A DNA stretch of 63,027 nt, filler included, from Octopus bimaculoides (Eukaryota), in assembly GCF_001194135.2 (NCBI RefSeq). It is 4 parts of 3 records of this genome, joined end to end, with 100 filler letters (N's around TTAATTAATTAA, not from the genome) between each part and the next. Parts side by side here need not be neighbours in the genome. Positions count along the whole stretch, not along the records: positions 17,163 to 40,227 come from NC_068982.1; 3 more parts are not named here. One strand, written 5' to 3'. Position numbers and translations under genes: made by a program. Numbering within the stretch: the first letter of the stretch is position 1; every line of letters starts with the position of its first letter. Shown here piece after piece: positions 25,817 through 39,164 of this stretch. Under the pieces are notes generated by a model. The model was given only the letters and a program-made list of their open reading frames with translations. It was not told the origin of the DNA and searched no databases.

Positions 25817-26301
25817 CTGTCGATAGCTATGGCCATAAGTGTAAACACACTGGCAGACGTCGTACAAGGAGCTACGAACATGGAAAATTTGCAGAAGTCC
25901 TCACCGAACCACCAATTACTATACAACAAATATGCTGTGTTGAATAGAGTGTTCCAGACGGATATAAGAGCGTCTGCCAATGCCAGGTTAAAAAGGAAGT
26001 AATTGGTTACGGTTCGCATACGCTTGTGCCAGAGAACTATCCACATAACAATGAGATTTCCACCGATCGAGGCGATAATCATGGCGAGAAAGATGATAAT
26101 GAAAAATACTTGTTGCCACCATGGCAGAATGAATGGATTGGTCGGTGCTAAGGTGGATAATTCTTCTGTAGTTGTGTTGTCTGCCCAGTCGATCGTCACA
26201 TCATAACTGGAGGATTTATCTTGGACAGCTTGGGATTCGAGCAGACTTGATATCGTCGTTCTGGCCAAAGAAAAAGCCGAAATTTTCTGACTCGCGTTCA
26301 T
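25817..26301 (-). CDS. TKRPR: First coding exon of a tachykinin(-related peptide) receptor-like class A GPCR (N-terminus, TM1-TM3, ending inside the DRY motif)
   Basis: ORF MNASQKIS...NPFILPWWQQ...GGNLIVMWIVLWHKRMRTVTNYFLFNLALADALISVWNTLFN...WWFGEDFCK...SASVFTLMAIAIDR. HKRMRTVTNYF, W-x-FG-x-x-x-C and SVF/YTL-x-AIA-x-DR are tachykinin-receptor hallmarks. The reading frame stops at GACAG|GTAATG (phase-2 donor, intron starts at 25816). An in-frame TAA lies 4 codons upstream of the ATG. Confidence 0.93.
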
Positions 26302-26360
26302 TGGTAAAATTTAGGCGGTTCTTAGAAAAAATCTCTGTACCTGCAGAAAAGAAAAAAAAA
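26302..26360 (-). promoter_or_regulatory. 3' splice acceptor and 39-nt 5'UTR portion of the receptor exon
   Basis: Minus strand TTTTTTTTTCTTTTCTGCAG|GTACAGAG is a polypyrimidine tract plus CAG, so the exon starts at 26340. This implies an upstream non-coding exon at higher coordinates. Confidence 0.75.
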
Positions 26361-26784
26361 GAAGAAAATAATGATGAAGAAATGATTTCATGTAAATGAT
26401 TTCAAATAAAGGTTTTGGAGAAGGGTTTGATATCAAGACTATAGCATCAGTATTTGACTGGTACTCTATTTTATCAAACCCTGAAGGATAAAAAAAAAAT
26501 CGAAGTTAATTACGGAAGCATTTAAACTCAGAACATAAAGATAGAAGTAGTAGTAGTAGTATGGAGGATAATAGTATGGGAGAATGCACTGTAACAACGC
26601 GTCGCTGCATCTACCATTTGTTGATGATTCCTTTACCCCACTCAGGTGACAATCCTCCAAATCTTGGGCCTGTTTTGGGCAGTCGTTGCTGGTTAGGATT
26701 TTATGAGGTCAAATTCAGAAAGTTATTTCGTCCGCTGTTCTAATAGCTTTGCCGTGGATATTGTACGTTTTTCTACTTCAAACA

Positions 26785-28672
26785 ATTCTTTCGAATTTTG
26801 GCACAAGGCCAGCAATTTAGAGGTGAGGAGTCGATTATATCTACGTCAGTACTTGACTGGTACTTAATTTATCGATCTCTTCTAAAAGGACGAAAGGCAA
26901 AGTTGACCTCGGTGGTATTTGAACTCAGGATCTAAAGGGCTAGAAGAAATGCTGCTAAGCATTTTGTGAGACGCATTTATGATTTCACCAAAACGCCGCC
27001 TATCTTCTATTTCAAATAATAATTTCTAATATTGTCATAAGGTCAATCATTTGAATTCGAGTACAGTCGAGTACATCTGCTTTCAAGACAGAAATGGCAT
27101 ATGTTGTGCAGTCTGTAAAAAGATAAACGACAGTCGCTGACGCTGGTGCGATTTAAAATCAGAACATAAAGAGATGTAACAAAAGACCTTAAGGCAATTT
27201 TTACTATTGTTGTTTAACTCAGGCCAGACTTAATCGAGCAGGCATATGGTTTTAGATATTCTAGCTGTGGTCATATATTTTCCAACTGTTTTCCTCACTA
27301 TCAAATAAATGAATATTCCAAATATTGATTCTACATTTTGGTACAAGGCCAGTAAGTTTGGTGAAAGAGGTGAATGGATTACATTGACCCTGTGTTCGAC
27401 TGATACTTATTTTATCGACCTCTAAAGTATGAAAGGCAAAGTCGACCTCGGCAGAAATTGAACTCAGAACGTAAAGACGTAAGAAATGCTGTAAAGCATT
27501 TTCCACAGCGCTCTAACGATTCTGCTAGTTCACCGCCTTAAATACAATAATCCCTCGCCATATCGTGGTTCACCTATCACGGTTCACCTATCGCGGTTCA
27601 CCTATCGCAGTTTATTATATATGCTTACGCCGATTCCTCCATGGTGTTGTTTTGCATTTATAATAAAATAAATATATACAAATTATAAAAATAATTTTAA
27701 AAAAATACATAGTGCAATACTGTTTTTACTTCGCGGATTTTCACATAATGCAGGGGATTTTGGAACGTAAAATCCGCGATAGTCGAGAGATTACAGTATT
27801 CCAAATATTAATTATAATCATATACTCTGGGTGCACAGTAGGCTTATGAAGTTGTGTGCAACTTTTTACGTCATGAGCAACAATTCTTTTTATATCATCG
27901 CTGACTAAACGAACACTTCCCCAAAAATCAATGTTCCAAAATAGATTTAATTCAAACTCCGACAAAAAACCCCAACAAAAACAAAACAAAAAAAACCCAA
28001 AACAGTAAAGCAAAACAAAACACGAAATGCACTAACCGTAGCTTGATGTTGAAGATCAAATTAAGTAATTAACAAATAGATTAATTGGGCATGGCTGGAA
28101 ACAATTAACCAGTAACATTATCTATAATTTCCCCCTAATTATGAAAATATAGCTGTGATTCTCTTAGATTTGTGTGACCCAGTTCTGAGAACAAGTCTAA
28201 TTCATCGGTCTAATGGATAAAGAGCCAGCCGTCAGGTCCAAACGAGTATGGCTTGGTACCATGTACAATGTTTTCACTAACTGTTCTAGCTATCTATGTA
28301 ATAATCCTGTTCAATTTTGGCACGAGGTCAGCAATTTTGCAGGCGGGTGTTAGTCGGTTACATCGACCCCAGAGCTCAACTGATACTTATTTGAACAACT
28401 TCGAAAGGATGAAAGGCAAAGTTGACCTAAACGGAATTTGAGCCCAGAACGTAACGTAAAGAGCCGAGAGAAATTCCTTTTCTTTTCTACACTAGGCACA
28501 AGGCCCGAATTTTTTTTGGGGGGGAGGGGGAAGTCGATTAGATCAACCCCAGTACGCAACTGGTACTTAGTTTATTGACCTCGGTGGAATTTGAACTCAG
28601 AACGTAAAGTCAGGCAAATACTGCTAAGCATTTCGCCCGGTGTGCTAACGTTTTTACCAGCACGCGGCCTTG
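26785..28672 (-). mobile_element. Four co-oriented Nin/Deu-domain SINE copies (about 26785-27003, 27310-27540, 28295-28470, 28476-28672)
   Basis: GGCACAAGGCC...GTACTTAATTTATCGA...GAAAGGCAAAGT.GACCTCGG...TTTGAACTCAG repeated. Confidence 0.82.
27545..27796. mobile_element. Tigger/pogo-type MITE with three internal 14-bp repeats
   Basis: TA|CAATAATCCCTCG ... CGAGAGATTACAG|TA; (GGTTCACCTATC.C)x3. Confidence 0.75.
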
Positions 28673-29055
28673 GCAAACTTGACATAGGTGGGATTTGAAC
28701 TCAGGACATAAAGCTGGAAGAAATGCCACCAAGCTTTTTATGGCCGGTGCAGTAATGATTGTGTCTGCTCATCACCTGAGGCATCTATGTAATAATGAGC
28801 AGAGACAGACACTCTTACGACGATTTCCCCCACTCTTTAACCTTGCTGCGCATCCAGAATATGACAGCTGGTTGGTATATGTATATATATATATACATAT
28901 ATATATATANNNNNNNNNNNNNNNNNNNNNNNNNNNNNNNNNNNNNNNNNNNNNNNNNNNNNNNNNNNNNNNNNNNNNNNNNNNNNNNNNNNNNNNNNNN
29001 NNNNNNNNNNNNNNNNNNNNNNNNNNNNNNNNNNNNNNNNNNNNNNNNNNNNNNN

Positions 29056-29099
<44 letters not shown>

Positions 29100-29103
<4 letters not shown>

Positions 29104-29237
29104 GCACCAACATTCGGCTGGTAATCAGTTTCAACTGAGTAGCCAAGAGCAACGGGAAATGTACGTTGCTCAAAAAGTTCACGTGCCGCTCGGTCCAGGA
29201 ATTGAACCCATAAACACCCTAATCATTAGGCTACGCA
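29100..29237 (-). mobile_element. Decayed D/E-type SINE head and body
   Basis: Minus: GCCTAATGATTAGGG...GGTTCAATTCCTGGACCG...TTGAGCAAC...GTTGCTC...ACTCAGTTG. Confidence 0.55.
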
Positions 29238-30796
29238 AGTGGTTTGGGTGTTCGATGGTGTGGATAAGGACATCACTAAATTTAGTTTACGAAAGGGGAG
29301 AAAGAAACGGGGTTTCTTGTTCATGATAACTTTGAGGAGAGCTCGAGACAATCGACCAATGAAAATATACATTCTGGAGATGATGGTAACATTCTATAGA
29401 ATTATATTAATACCATCATCTGCACCACCACCACCATCACCACCACCACTAACTGTAGTAACAGCAGATACAGTAACAGTAATAAGGTATACTGCGTTTG
29501 TTACGTCCCCTTTCTTACCGATGAACTCACTGGCGATGACGCGATGACAGCTGAACAGGATATTTATTTTATCTTTCCCAGTTTGTCAAGAAGAATAAAT
29601 ATTTAAACACGCTTCTAATTTCTGAGTTCAAATTTTGCTATTATCATTTGCCGCTATGTAGTTAATATGTTGATTGGTAGATAAAGCTCACAAATTTTTG
29701 TCTACTAGAATGTAACAAGATATATTTACACTTACAAACTTTCCAAGAGCATCTGATAACAGAATTGTATTCTTCAAGTATATTGGAAGGCACCTTTCTT
29801 TCTCTTTCACATTCTCCCCGTCTCCGTCTCTGTCTCTCTCTCTCTATGTATGTTTGTATGTATATATATATATGTTTATATGCATATTATATATATATTA
29901 TATATATTATATATATATATATANNNNNNNNNNNNNNNNNNNNNNNNNNNNNNNNNNNNNNNNNNNNNNNNNNNNNNNNNNNNNNNNNNNNNNNNNNNNN
30001 NNNNNNNNNNNNNNNNNNNNNNNNNNNNNNNNNNNNNNNNNNNNNNNNNNNNNNNNNNNNNNNNNNNNNNNNNNNNNNNNNNNNNNNNNNNNNNNNNNNN
30101 NNNNNNNNNNNNNNNNNNNNNNNNNNNNNNNNNNNNNNNNNNNNNNNNNNNNNNNNNNNNNNNNNNNNNNNNNNNNNNNNNNNNNNNNNNNNNNNNNNNN
30201 NNNNNNNNNNNNNNNNNNNNNNNNNNNNNNNNNNNNNNNNNNNNNNNNNNNNNNNNNNNNNNNNNNNTATATATATATATATATATTTATATATTTGTGT
30301 GGATATATATAAATATATGTATGTGTACACACACACGCACATATGTTTATACATTCATTTTTGTGGTGCGCGCGCGCGTGTATGGAAGAGAGAGAGAGAG
30401 AGCATGAGAAAGAGAAAGAGAGGGGAAGAGAGGGTGTGTATTTGTGGTGATAAGACTCATACGAACTCCTCTGAGTAGGTCTTAACTTGTCCAAATGAAG
30501 TATTATAATGAAAACTTTCTGCCAAAAGTTACATATGTGCACACACATAAATATGTATGTACTCACAGAAGCATACACACATACAAACACATATTCAGAA
30601 ATGTGTGCAGGTATGTATGTGTGAGTGTGTTTGTGTGTAGTTCAATGTTTGGTATGTTTGTATGTTTCGAACAGGAAACCTACACATAAATATACACACG
30701 TACACGTAACATATACACACTTACATTGTTTTATACACACAAATGTATAAAAATGCTACAAAATATTCACACACACAAGCAATGATAAGGTAGAAT

Positions 30797-31022
30797 AGGG
30801 CGGCGAACTGGCAGAATCGTTAGCACGCCAGGCGAAATGATTAGCGGTATTTCGTGTGCCGTTACGTTCTGAGTTCAAACTCCGCCGAAGTCGACTTTGC
30901 TTTTCATCCTTTCGGGGTCGATTACGTGCCAGTTACGCACTGGGGTCGATGTAATCGACTTAACTTTGTCTGTCCTTGTTTGTCCCCTCTATGTTTAGCC
31001 CCTTGTGGGCAATAAAGAAATA
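30797..31022 (+). mobile_element. Nin/Deu-domain SINE with alternative tail and 16-bp TSD
   Basis: GGCGGCGAACTGGCAGAATCGTTAGCACG...tail TTTGTCTGTCCTTGTTTGTCCCC...CCTTGTGGGCAATAAAG; AATGATAAGGTAGAAT at 30781-30796 and 31023-31038. Confidence 0.92.
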
Positions 31023-32170
31023 AATGATAAGGTAGAATTGTTTCAGCCACGAATTAAGTGCCTTGTATGGAACGTAAATGAATGTTGACTATTGCTTCCT
31101 ACGCGCAAATCTCGTCGTAGTTGGTTTATCTTTCATTGTTCGGGAGTCATTGATAAATGAAGAACCTGTAGACAATCGGCATGGAATTAAATCGACTCTA
31201 GTTCTTTCAGTTATTTATAGATATATTTCTATATTCTATATTTCTATATTCGAACTCTCTGTTCACATACATTGATAATGAATGACAGAGACGGTAAAGT
31301 CCGAGTCAACAAGGGTGCCGTTACCAAATCGCTTCTTCTGGTAAAAACAGCAGCCAAATTTCATTAAATTATTCGTTAAGAAACTGGTTCTTTGTTCATA
31401 ATGACTGTAGGGTCAGTTCAAGACGATTGACTAATAAAAATATACACTCTGAGTAGTAAGTTAAAGGAGAGGACATATTGGATAACATAGTCCTCTATAC
31501 ATTGAATTGACTATCTATCTATCTATCTATCTATCTATCTCTTTCTCTCTGTGTGTGTTTGCGTGTGTTCATTTCAAAGTATATATTACATGATTTGTCA
31601 TCATGGTACATGATATACTCTGCGTTTACAATGTCTATACGAAGAAACATAAATGTTTATTTTGTCTTAGAGTTCTTTACTAAAGATAGTAAACTAAGAA
31701 TATATTATCGTTGTAACTATGTAAAATTAATCTAGTCATACACACATACACACATACGCGCAGATATATAAATTAGTAAATATTTGTATACATAATCGAG
31801 GAAGAAGCGAATTATTCTATAAGTACAATGTTTATAGTTTATTATAAATTAAAGCTTGTTGAGATCATAACTGTAAGTTTCCCAACACTGAATTATTTAA
31901 GCGATATCATGTAGTGACCAATGTGATAATATATAAGCAAAAGTATTTGGAGGCTCACTCAAATATGCTTAGGTCAAGAAAGCAATCAAAATTTGATTGG
32001 TTATCGAATAATTATCTCATAGTGAACCACACATTCATATATTCAGTCATCATGTGCAGAACAGGTGGTATTTCCAGAAATTCAGATGCAAAAATGAAGT
32101 TTAAGATAAGTATTTATCAGTATTCGATGTACTGTTGAGGTTTCATATTTCGATGTGTTCACAAATGTTT

Positions 32171-32216
<46 letters not shown>

Positions 32217-32747
32217 TACGTGATCGACCAGATTATCATACAATGCTGGACACAATGTAATTTGCGTCGGTTTAACATCCGAATGATTTCACTCCGCTGA
32301 CTAAGTGAGCTGGCCAACATTTTCCTTGGTCGGAAGGCCAGTTTGTCACAAGGTTGTCCATTTATAGCTTGCTCAAAAGCACAGCACGCAGACGGTCTGG
32401 GAATTGAAACGACGATCTAACAATCGTAAGAAAAAGTGCCTTTTCACATCTAACAATCGTGAAGGCCATGTGCCTTCCCCCCCACACAAATGCACACATA
32501 CATTGCATATATATGTATATACNNNNNNNNNNNNNNNNNNNNNNNNNNNNNNNNNNNNNNNNNNNNNNNNNNNNNNNNNNNNNNNNNNNNNNNNNNNNNN
32601 NNNNNNNNNNNNNNNNNNNNNNNNNNNNNNNNNNNNNNNNNNNNNNNNNNNNNNNNNNNNNNNNNNNNNNNNNNNNNNNNNNNNNNNNNNNNNNNNNNNN
32701 NNNNNNNNNNNNNNNNNNNNNNNNNNNNNNNNNNNNNNNNNNNNNNN

Positions 32748-32807
<60 letters not shown>

Positions 32808-35014
32808 TTTCTTATTATGTCGTTTACTTAGGTTTCCGATATTTACCATAAACCTCAAAGCAATAGTAACTTTTTTTTTCAAAGAATTTCTAGAATCGAC
32901 AATGCTTTCTCTCCATTTATATTTTCCCGCTTATTCAATTGTTGCACACATATGAGCTAACTATTAACTACTATGTATAACTATAAATTTTATATTTTCA
33001 TCTTCATGTTGACAACTCGGAAGACAAAACTCTCGTACCTTAACCGGTATTGAACGTTTGTTTTTTTTTGCAGGAATAATAAATAACTACATTATACTCT
33101 ACTTTGTTATCATCTGTTATTGAATTCTTGAACTTGTGGGCTTTCTTTTACTTGTGAACACACACATGCACACATACACACTCACACACACGCACACGTA
33201 TATATGTATTTATATATATATATATGTATGTATGTATGCATGTATGTATGTATATTTACACACATACATAGTGCTACATACACATATATTTTGTTTTTGG
33301 CCTTCTTGATTTTTCAGAAATTTTATTCTTGCAAGGTTTATCAATGTAAATGTCAAAAGATGGACTGTTTATTTGTTCGTTGTATTTTCTTCCCATCTTT
33401 TCTTTTTATCGACTCTTTCTCTTCCTAACTGTGTCGTTGAAAGAAAGAGAAAAATAAATAAAACAAATCGATTAGTATCATTTACTTATACTTCCTTTTG
33501 TAACTTTGTTTTCTCTTTCTTTCATTCTCGTTTCTTTCATTATCATTTTTTGTTGTAATTGATTATTTTACTTAACAAGTTCTTTATTGATGTAGGTGCC
33601 AGTTTTTCACCTTTAATCGCAACTCTGATGGAGTCCGCTAAATTGTCTCGCCTCTCAAAACGGGAGGAAAACGGGAGAAAAACGTGACAGAAAGGCGAAT
33701 TTAAAGTCATATGAGATCTTTCTAACGAAACACTTTAATTAGCTTTTGCATATTTTAAACACTGTATATTTGTTATTTATTTGCTATTTATTGTTGCGGT
33801 TGTATTTGGTGTTGTTCTTGGTGTAGTTGCTGTCGAGATCATCTAAAGTAAAGTGCTTTGCATTCAACACAACATACTATATCAACGATATAATAAAAAT
33901 ATACATACATACATACATACATNNNNNNNNNNNNNNNNNNNNNNNNNNNNNNNNNNNNNNNNNNNNNNNNNNNNNNNNNNNNNNNNNNNNNNNNNNNNNN
34001 NNNNNNNNNNNNNNNNNNNNNNNNNNNNNNNNNNNNNNNNNNNNNNNNNNNNNNNNNNNNNNNNNNNNNNNNNNNNNNNNNNNNNNNNNNNNNNNNNNNN
34101 NNNNNNNNNNNNNNNNNNNNNNNNNNNNNNNNNNNNNNNNNNNNNNNNNNNNNNNNNNNNNNNNNNNNNNNNNNNNNNNNNNNNNNNNNNNNNNNNNNNN
34201 NNNNNNNNNNNNNNNNNNNNNNNNNNNNNNNNNNNNATATATATATATATATATATATAGATATATATCTGTGTGTGTGTGTGTGTGCGCGTGTGTGTGT
34301 ATGTTTGTCCCCTCACCATCGCTTGACAACCGATGCTGATGTGTTTACGTCCCCGTAAACACATAATTCCCTTTCGAAATTATCCCTAATTGTGGTTTGG
34401 AGTTTGACTGTTCCTTCTAGCGGGTTAGATGTCTTATTATGGACATCTCCCTTATGTGGTTAAATGTACACTGTATATATTTATATGAATAATATAGTTT
34501 TTTTTCTTCTCGCTAGACCACTGGTAGCAAAAAGAATTTCTAATTTTTNNNNNNNNNNATACGATAATATTTATGACCATACCTAGCCATGAGCTGTCAA
34601 CTCACTCTGGTCCTTTATTCAAAGTAGACACAGTCTTCTAGTCTTAGATTTAGTAGTTGATAAAGAGATGAATGTATTAGAAATGAATTACAATCCTATG
34701 ACCCCGCTATCTTCCATGCGATTCTTAGAAGTTGTAATCTATTCTTATCTACAATAGTGACAACATGAATTTCTTCCATCCTTTTGCTCTGTTAAAGTAT
34801 TTAAGACAAATTATATTAATGTGTCCTACTTGTTAAAATTACATTTATTTATTTGTGCATCTGATGATAGCTCTGCATTTAAATTGCTGTAATGATTGCA
34901 TTGTTCTATTAAATGGAGTCGCTTGAAACAGTCGTACTGCATCACTTCTTGATATCCTGCTGCTTATTTTGATTATATACATCTTTATTTCCTTGCTGGG
35001 TTGCCGACTTGAGC

Positions 35015-35415
35015 AATTTTAGTGGAACGAATCGACCCTAGTACTTATTTCTTTTTCCTGTCTTCTACTTATTTTACCGTTCTTTTTGCTGAACGGGGAC
35101 GTAAACACACCAACAATGCTTGTCAAACAATGGCGTGGGTCAAACAGACAAAAAGAGAAACACAGACACGAACACACACAGTCAACCAGACACACAAACT
35201 CACAGACACATACACAGACAGACGCGCGCGCGCGCACACACACACACACATTCATATAGAATGGGCTTCTCTCAGTTTTCGTCTATCAAATTCACTCCCA
35301 AGTCTTTGGTAGGCCTGGGGCTATAGTAGAAGACAGTTGCCTGAGGTGCCATGCAATCGGACTAAACACGGAACCGTGTGGTTAGGAAGCAAACTTCTTG
35401 CCACACAACCGCTAC
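35015..35415 (-). mobile_element. Family A SINE (decayed)
   Basis: GGGGACGTAAACACACCAAC...TGTCAAAC; GGCTATAGTAGAAGACAGTTGCC...GGAACCGTGTGGTTAGGAAGCAAAC. Confidence 0.8.
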
Positions 35416-35426
35416 GGTTGTGTGTG

Positions 35427-35473
<47 letters not shown>

Positions 35474-37472
35474 ATGTGAGTGTATGTGTGTGTGTGTGTG
35501 TGTGTGTGCATTTATGACATCTAACGATGTATTGTTTATATTTCAGTTATCAATGACTTCGACGATATTCTGGATTGTAGAAACTCACATAACACGCACA
35601 CACAGAAACACACACACACGCGCGCGCGCACACACCGCATTTACACATCTCGCTCTTTCCTCGTTTCAATTTTAGCAAAATTCGGTTTGAATATTGAACG
35701 TTTTCTGAATCACATCAATTGATCGTTATGATCTGATATTGCATTGGTCAAATAGAAATGTCTGATTTTACAATATTTGATGATAGACCTGTCAAGTTTT
35801 CCTTTCATATGACAGTAATATTATTGACAACCACAAAGAGTAGTGGACTGGTAGAATCGGCAGAACTACGAGCAAGATACCATGTGGCATCTTGTTGCAC
35901 TTTCCTTTTGTCATCTCATGTTCCACAAAAAATGTATAAGTGAAGTTCAAGAATCAATATAATCTACTATCACCAGTGTGAGCTTATATATGAATCGAAT
36001 CAAACTGATATATATATATATATANNNNNNNNNNNNNNNNNNNNNNNNNNNNNNNNNNNNNNNNNNNNNNNNNNNNNNNNNNNNNNNNNNNNNNNNNNNN
36101 NNNNNNNNNNNNNNNNNNNNNNNNNNNNNNNNNNNNNNNNNNNNNNNNNNNNNNNNNNNNNNNNNNNNNNNNNNNNNNNNNNNNNNNNNNNNNNNNNNNN
36201 NNNNNNNNNNNNNNNNNNNNNNNNNNNNNNNNNNNNNNNNNNNNNNNNNNNNNNNNNNNNNNNNNNNNNNNNNNNNNNNNNNNNNNNNNNNNNNNNNNNN
36301 NNNNNNNNNNNNNNNNNNNNNNNNNNNNNNNNNNNNNNNNNNNNNNNNNNNNNNNNNNNNNNNNNNNNNNNNNNNNNNNNNNNNNNNNNNNNNNNNNNNN
36401 NNNNNNNNNNNNNNNNNNNNNNNNNNNNNNNNNNNNNNNNNNNNNNNNNNNNNNNNNNNNNNNNNNNNNNNNNNNNNNNNNNNNNNNNNNNNNNNNNNNN
36501 NNNNNNNNNNNNNNNNNNNNNNNNNNNNNNNNNNNNNNNNNNNNNNNNNNNNNNNNNNNNNNNNNNNNNNNNNNNNNNNNNNNNNNNNNNNNNNNNNNNN
36601 NNNNNNNNNNNNNNNNNNNNNNNNNNNNNNNNNNNNNNNNNNNNNNNNNNNNNNNNNNNNNNNNNNNNNNNNNNNNNNNNNNNNNNNNNNNNNNNNNNNN
36701 NNNNNNNNNNNNNNNNNNNNNNNNNNNNNNNNNNNNNNNNNNNNNNNNNNNNNNNNNNNNNNNNNNNNNNNNNNNNNNNNNNNNNNNNNNNNNNNNNNNN
36801 NNNNNNNNNNNNNNNNNNNNNNNNNNNNNNNNNNNNNNNNNNNNNNNNNNNNNNNNNNNNNNNNNNNNNNNNNNNNNNNNNNNNNNNNNNNNNNNNNNNN
36901 NNNNNNNNNNNNNNNNNNNNNNNNNNNNNNNNNNNNATATATATATATATATACATACACATACTTATATATTTTTCAGTGTGTGTGTGTGCGTATGTGT
37001 TTGGGCGCGCGTGTATGGTATGCGTGTGTGTGTGTATGTTTGTGTGTGTGCGTGCGTGTATGCGTGTGTAAGTGTGAGTATGAGTGTGTGTGTGTATGTG
37101 TGTGTGTGTGTGTGTGGTTTTACTATGACAAACAAATATCCTCAGACAGATGTTGAAATCGAAGAAAAAATATTTTGAAGAAACATTACTAGTCATCGAC
37201 ATACGGTAAACAATAAAAAGTTTTGATCCGACTGACGAATAACAATCTGATATTGAAAAGAAAATAAATTTATAAGACAACGTATTATCACGAACCAAAG
37301 ATGACTATGTAAAGAAATCACCCCTTAGTTACAAACAATGCTAAAATGTCACGAGGAACAAATTCTATAATTTGTATTAGTTTTTGGTCTTTGTTCGTAT
37401 TTGGTGCAAAATATCTGGAGAGAAATTAGGATCTACAAACGATCAATAATTAATCAGTGATCAACTCAGCTG

Positions 37473-37509
<37 letters not shown>

Positions 37510-37795
37510 CACATATAGACGCACGCATACAGACATGTATAGATATAATATATCCATGTGTGTATCTATGTATATTTTATATATCATAAAATTTATCATC
37601 AGCTATATCAGATTATACCTATTCACACGAACATAATGAAAACAAAGTAGACATACATAAACAGAAATAAAAAAAACACACTAGCGCAGACTTAAATATA
37701 TTGCAGTATACATACATACATACATACATACATATACACACATACATTCATATTACATACATTTATATATATATATATATATATANNNNNNNNNN

Positions 37796-37827
<32 letters not shown>

Positions 37828-38101
37828 GTACACACCCACACATTATCCACATGTATATAGAGAGATAGATGGATAGCTAGATAGATATACATACACACAT
37901 ATATGCAGACGTGCGTGTGCGCAATGTATGCGATTTAGAAAGGAAATAAAATGAGTCAACTTGGAAAGCGTTGACGCTAATTTGAAACATATCGGAGCTA
38001 CCAGTTGTTAAATGAATTAATTTTGAAGTGGTATTGTGTGAAACGAAATGAGAGAGAAAGCGAGCAGGGACTGTGTGCGAGAGAACAAGAGAGGCAGAAG
38101 T

Positions 38102-38158
<57 letters not shown>

Positions 38159-38614
38159 GAAAGACAAAGTAGGGGAAAAGTCATGCGAATGAATATGTAA
38201 AACAAGTGTATTTAATTAACTAATTTTGCATGCGAGAACTATGAAAGGAACTGTAGAACGATTCCTACAATAAAATATTAGTAAAATAGAATAAGTAAGA
38301 AAATGAAAGACGAAACGAAAACAAAAAGACCCAAAGAACGAAATCAGACTATGAACATAACTTTTAATGAATATTGTTAGTATTGATTCTTATGAGATAT
38401 ATTTACACTTTCGATACCTTTATTCTATATTTAAGTTCCCTTAGCACGCACACGTATGAGTTTAAATATATAAGATTCATTCACACACGCGTACACACAT
38501 ACACACACGCGCGCGCGCGCGCACACACACACACACACACATACACACACACAAACACACACACATATATGTATATAAATATATATATATGCGTACCCAC
38601 ACACATATAGTCGG

Positions 38615-38756
38615 TGGTATGGCGGCTGTGTTTTCCAGTCACATGGTTCCGGGTTGAGTCCTGCAGAGTGGCACCTTTGGCAAGTGTCTTCTGCTAAAGC
38701 CTCGAACCGACCAAAATTTTGTAAGTGAAACTGGTAGACGGAAACTGAATGAAGCC
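38615..38756 (+). mobile_element. Family A SINE 5' half, interrupted by the PLE
   Basis: CACATGGTTCCGGG...GGCAAGTGTCTTCTG...GGTAGACGGAAACTGAATGAAGCC. Confidence 0.75.
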
Positions 38757-38797
38757 TCTATTTAAGAGATGAGGATTTATTTACATTATTTACATTT

Positions 38798-38838
38798 GAC
38801 GTTTCGGCTGGTATACCCTCCAGACTTCATCAGGTGTC
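38798..38838 (-). ncRNA. Hammerhead-ribozyme-like core in the PLE terminal repeat (stem I incomplete)
   Basis: GACAC-CTGATGA-A-GTCTGG AGGGTATA CCAGCC-GAAA-CGTC; the following AAATGT cannot pair with ACAC. Confidence 0.65.
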
Positions 38839-38867
38839 TTGGGAAAATTGGGTTCTCATTCCTAAAG

Positions 38868-39099
38868 TATTATTATTATTATTATTATTATTGTTCAGTA
38901 GTTTTATTTTTATAACGTGCTTTCACTTCACTACCGAGCGCAGCTCTGTGCGCCTTGGGTATGTGCTGTGGTTTGCTGTGGTGCTCTTATGGTTACTGTA
39001 TTGAAAGTGTTTTGCGTAGGATGTGTGCTGTGCCTAGTAGTGCAATTTTCTGTATGTTATATATATTTGTAAGTCCTGGTGTTTTTGTTATGTTATTCT
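38868..39099 (-). mobile_element. R4/Dong-like non-LTR retrotransposon 3' end with (AAT)n tail, nested in the PLE repeat
   Basis: ...IYNIQKIALLGTAHILRKTLSIQ* (stop 38993-38995) resembles the R4-clade C-terminus. Confidence 0.75.
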
Positions 39100-39164
39100 G
39101 GTCACTGTCTGGAATCGAACTCGGAATCTTAGTAGCCCGCGCTCTTAACCACTACGCCATATGC
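39100..39164 (-). promoter_or_regulatory. tRNA-Ser-like segment (Pol III A and B boxes) inside the PLE terminal repeat
   Basis: Minus: TGGCGTAGTGGTTAAGAGCGCGGGCTACTAA...GATTCCGAGTTCGATTCC; second copy at 39965-40014 on plus. Confidence 0.6.

Noticed and set aside
32405-32460. 13-bp direct repeat ATCTAACAATCGT
   Set aside because: Small local duplication at the edge of a decayed SINE with no independent significance.
34858-34900. CTGATGATAGC...GCTG
   Set aside because: No GAAA element follows.
38790-38800. Idea that the PLE ends exactly at the hammerhead cleavage site
   Set aside because: Sequence at 38762-38797 still looks like part of the element, so a small internal deletion is the simpler explanation.
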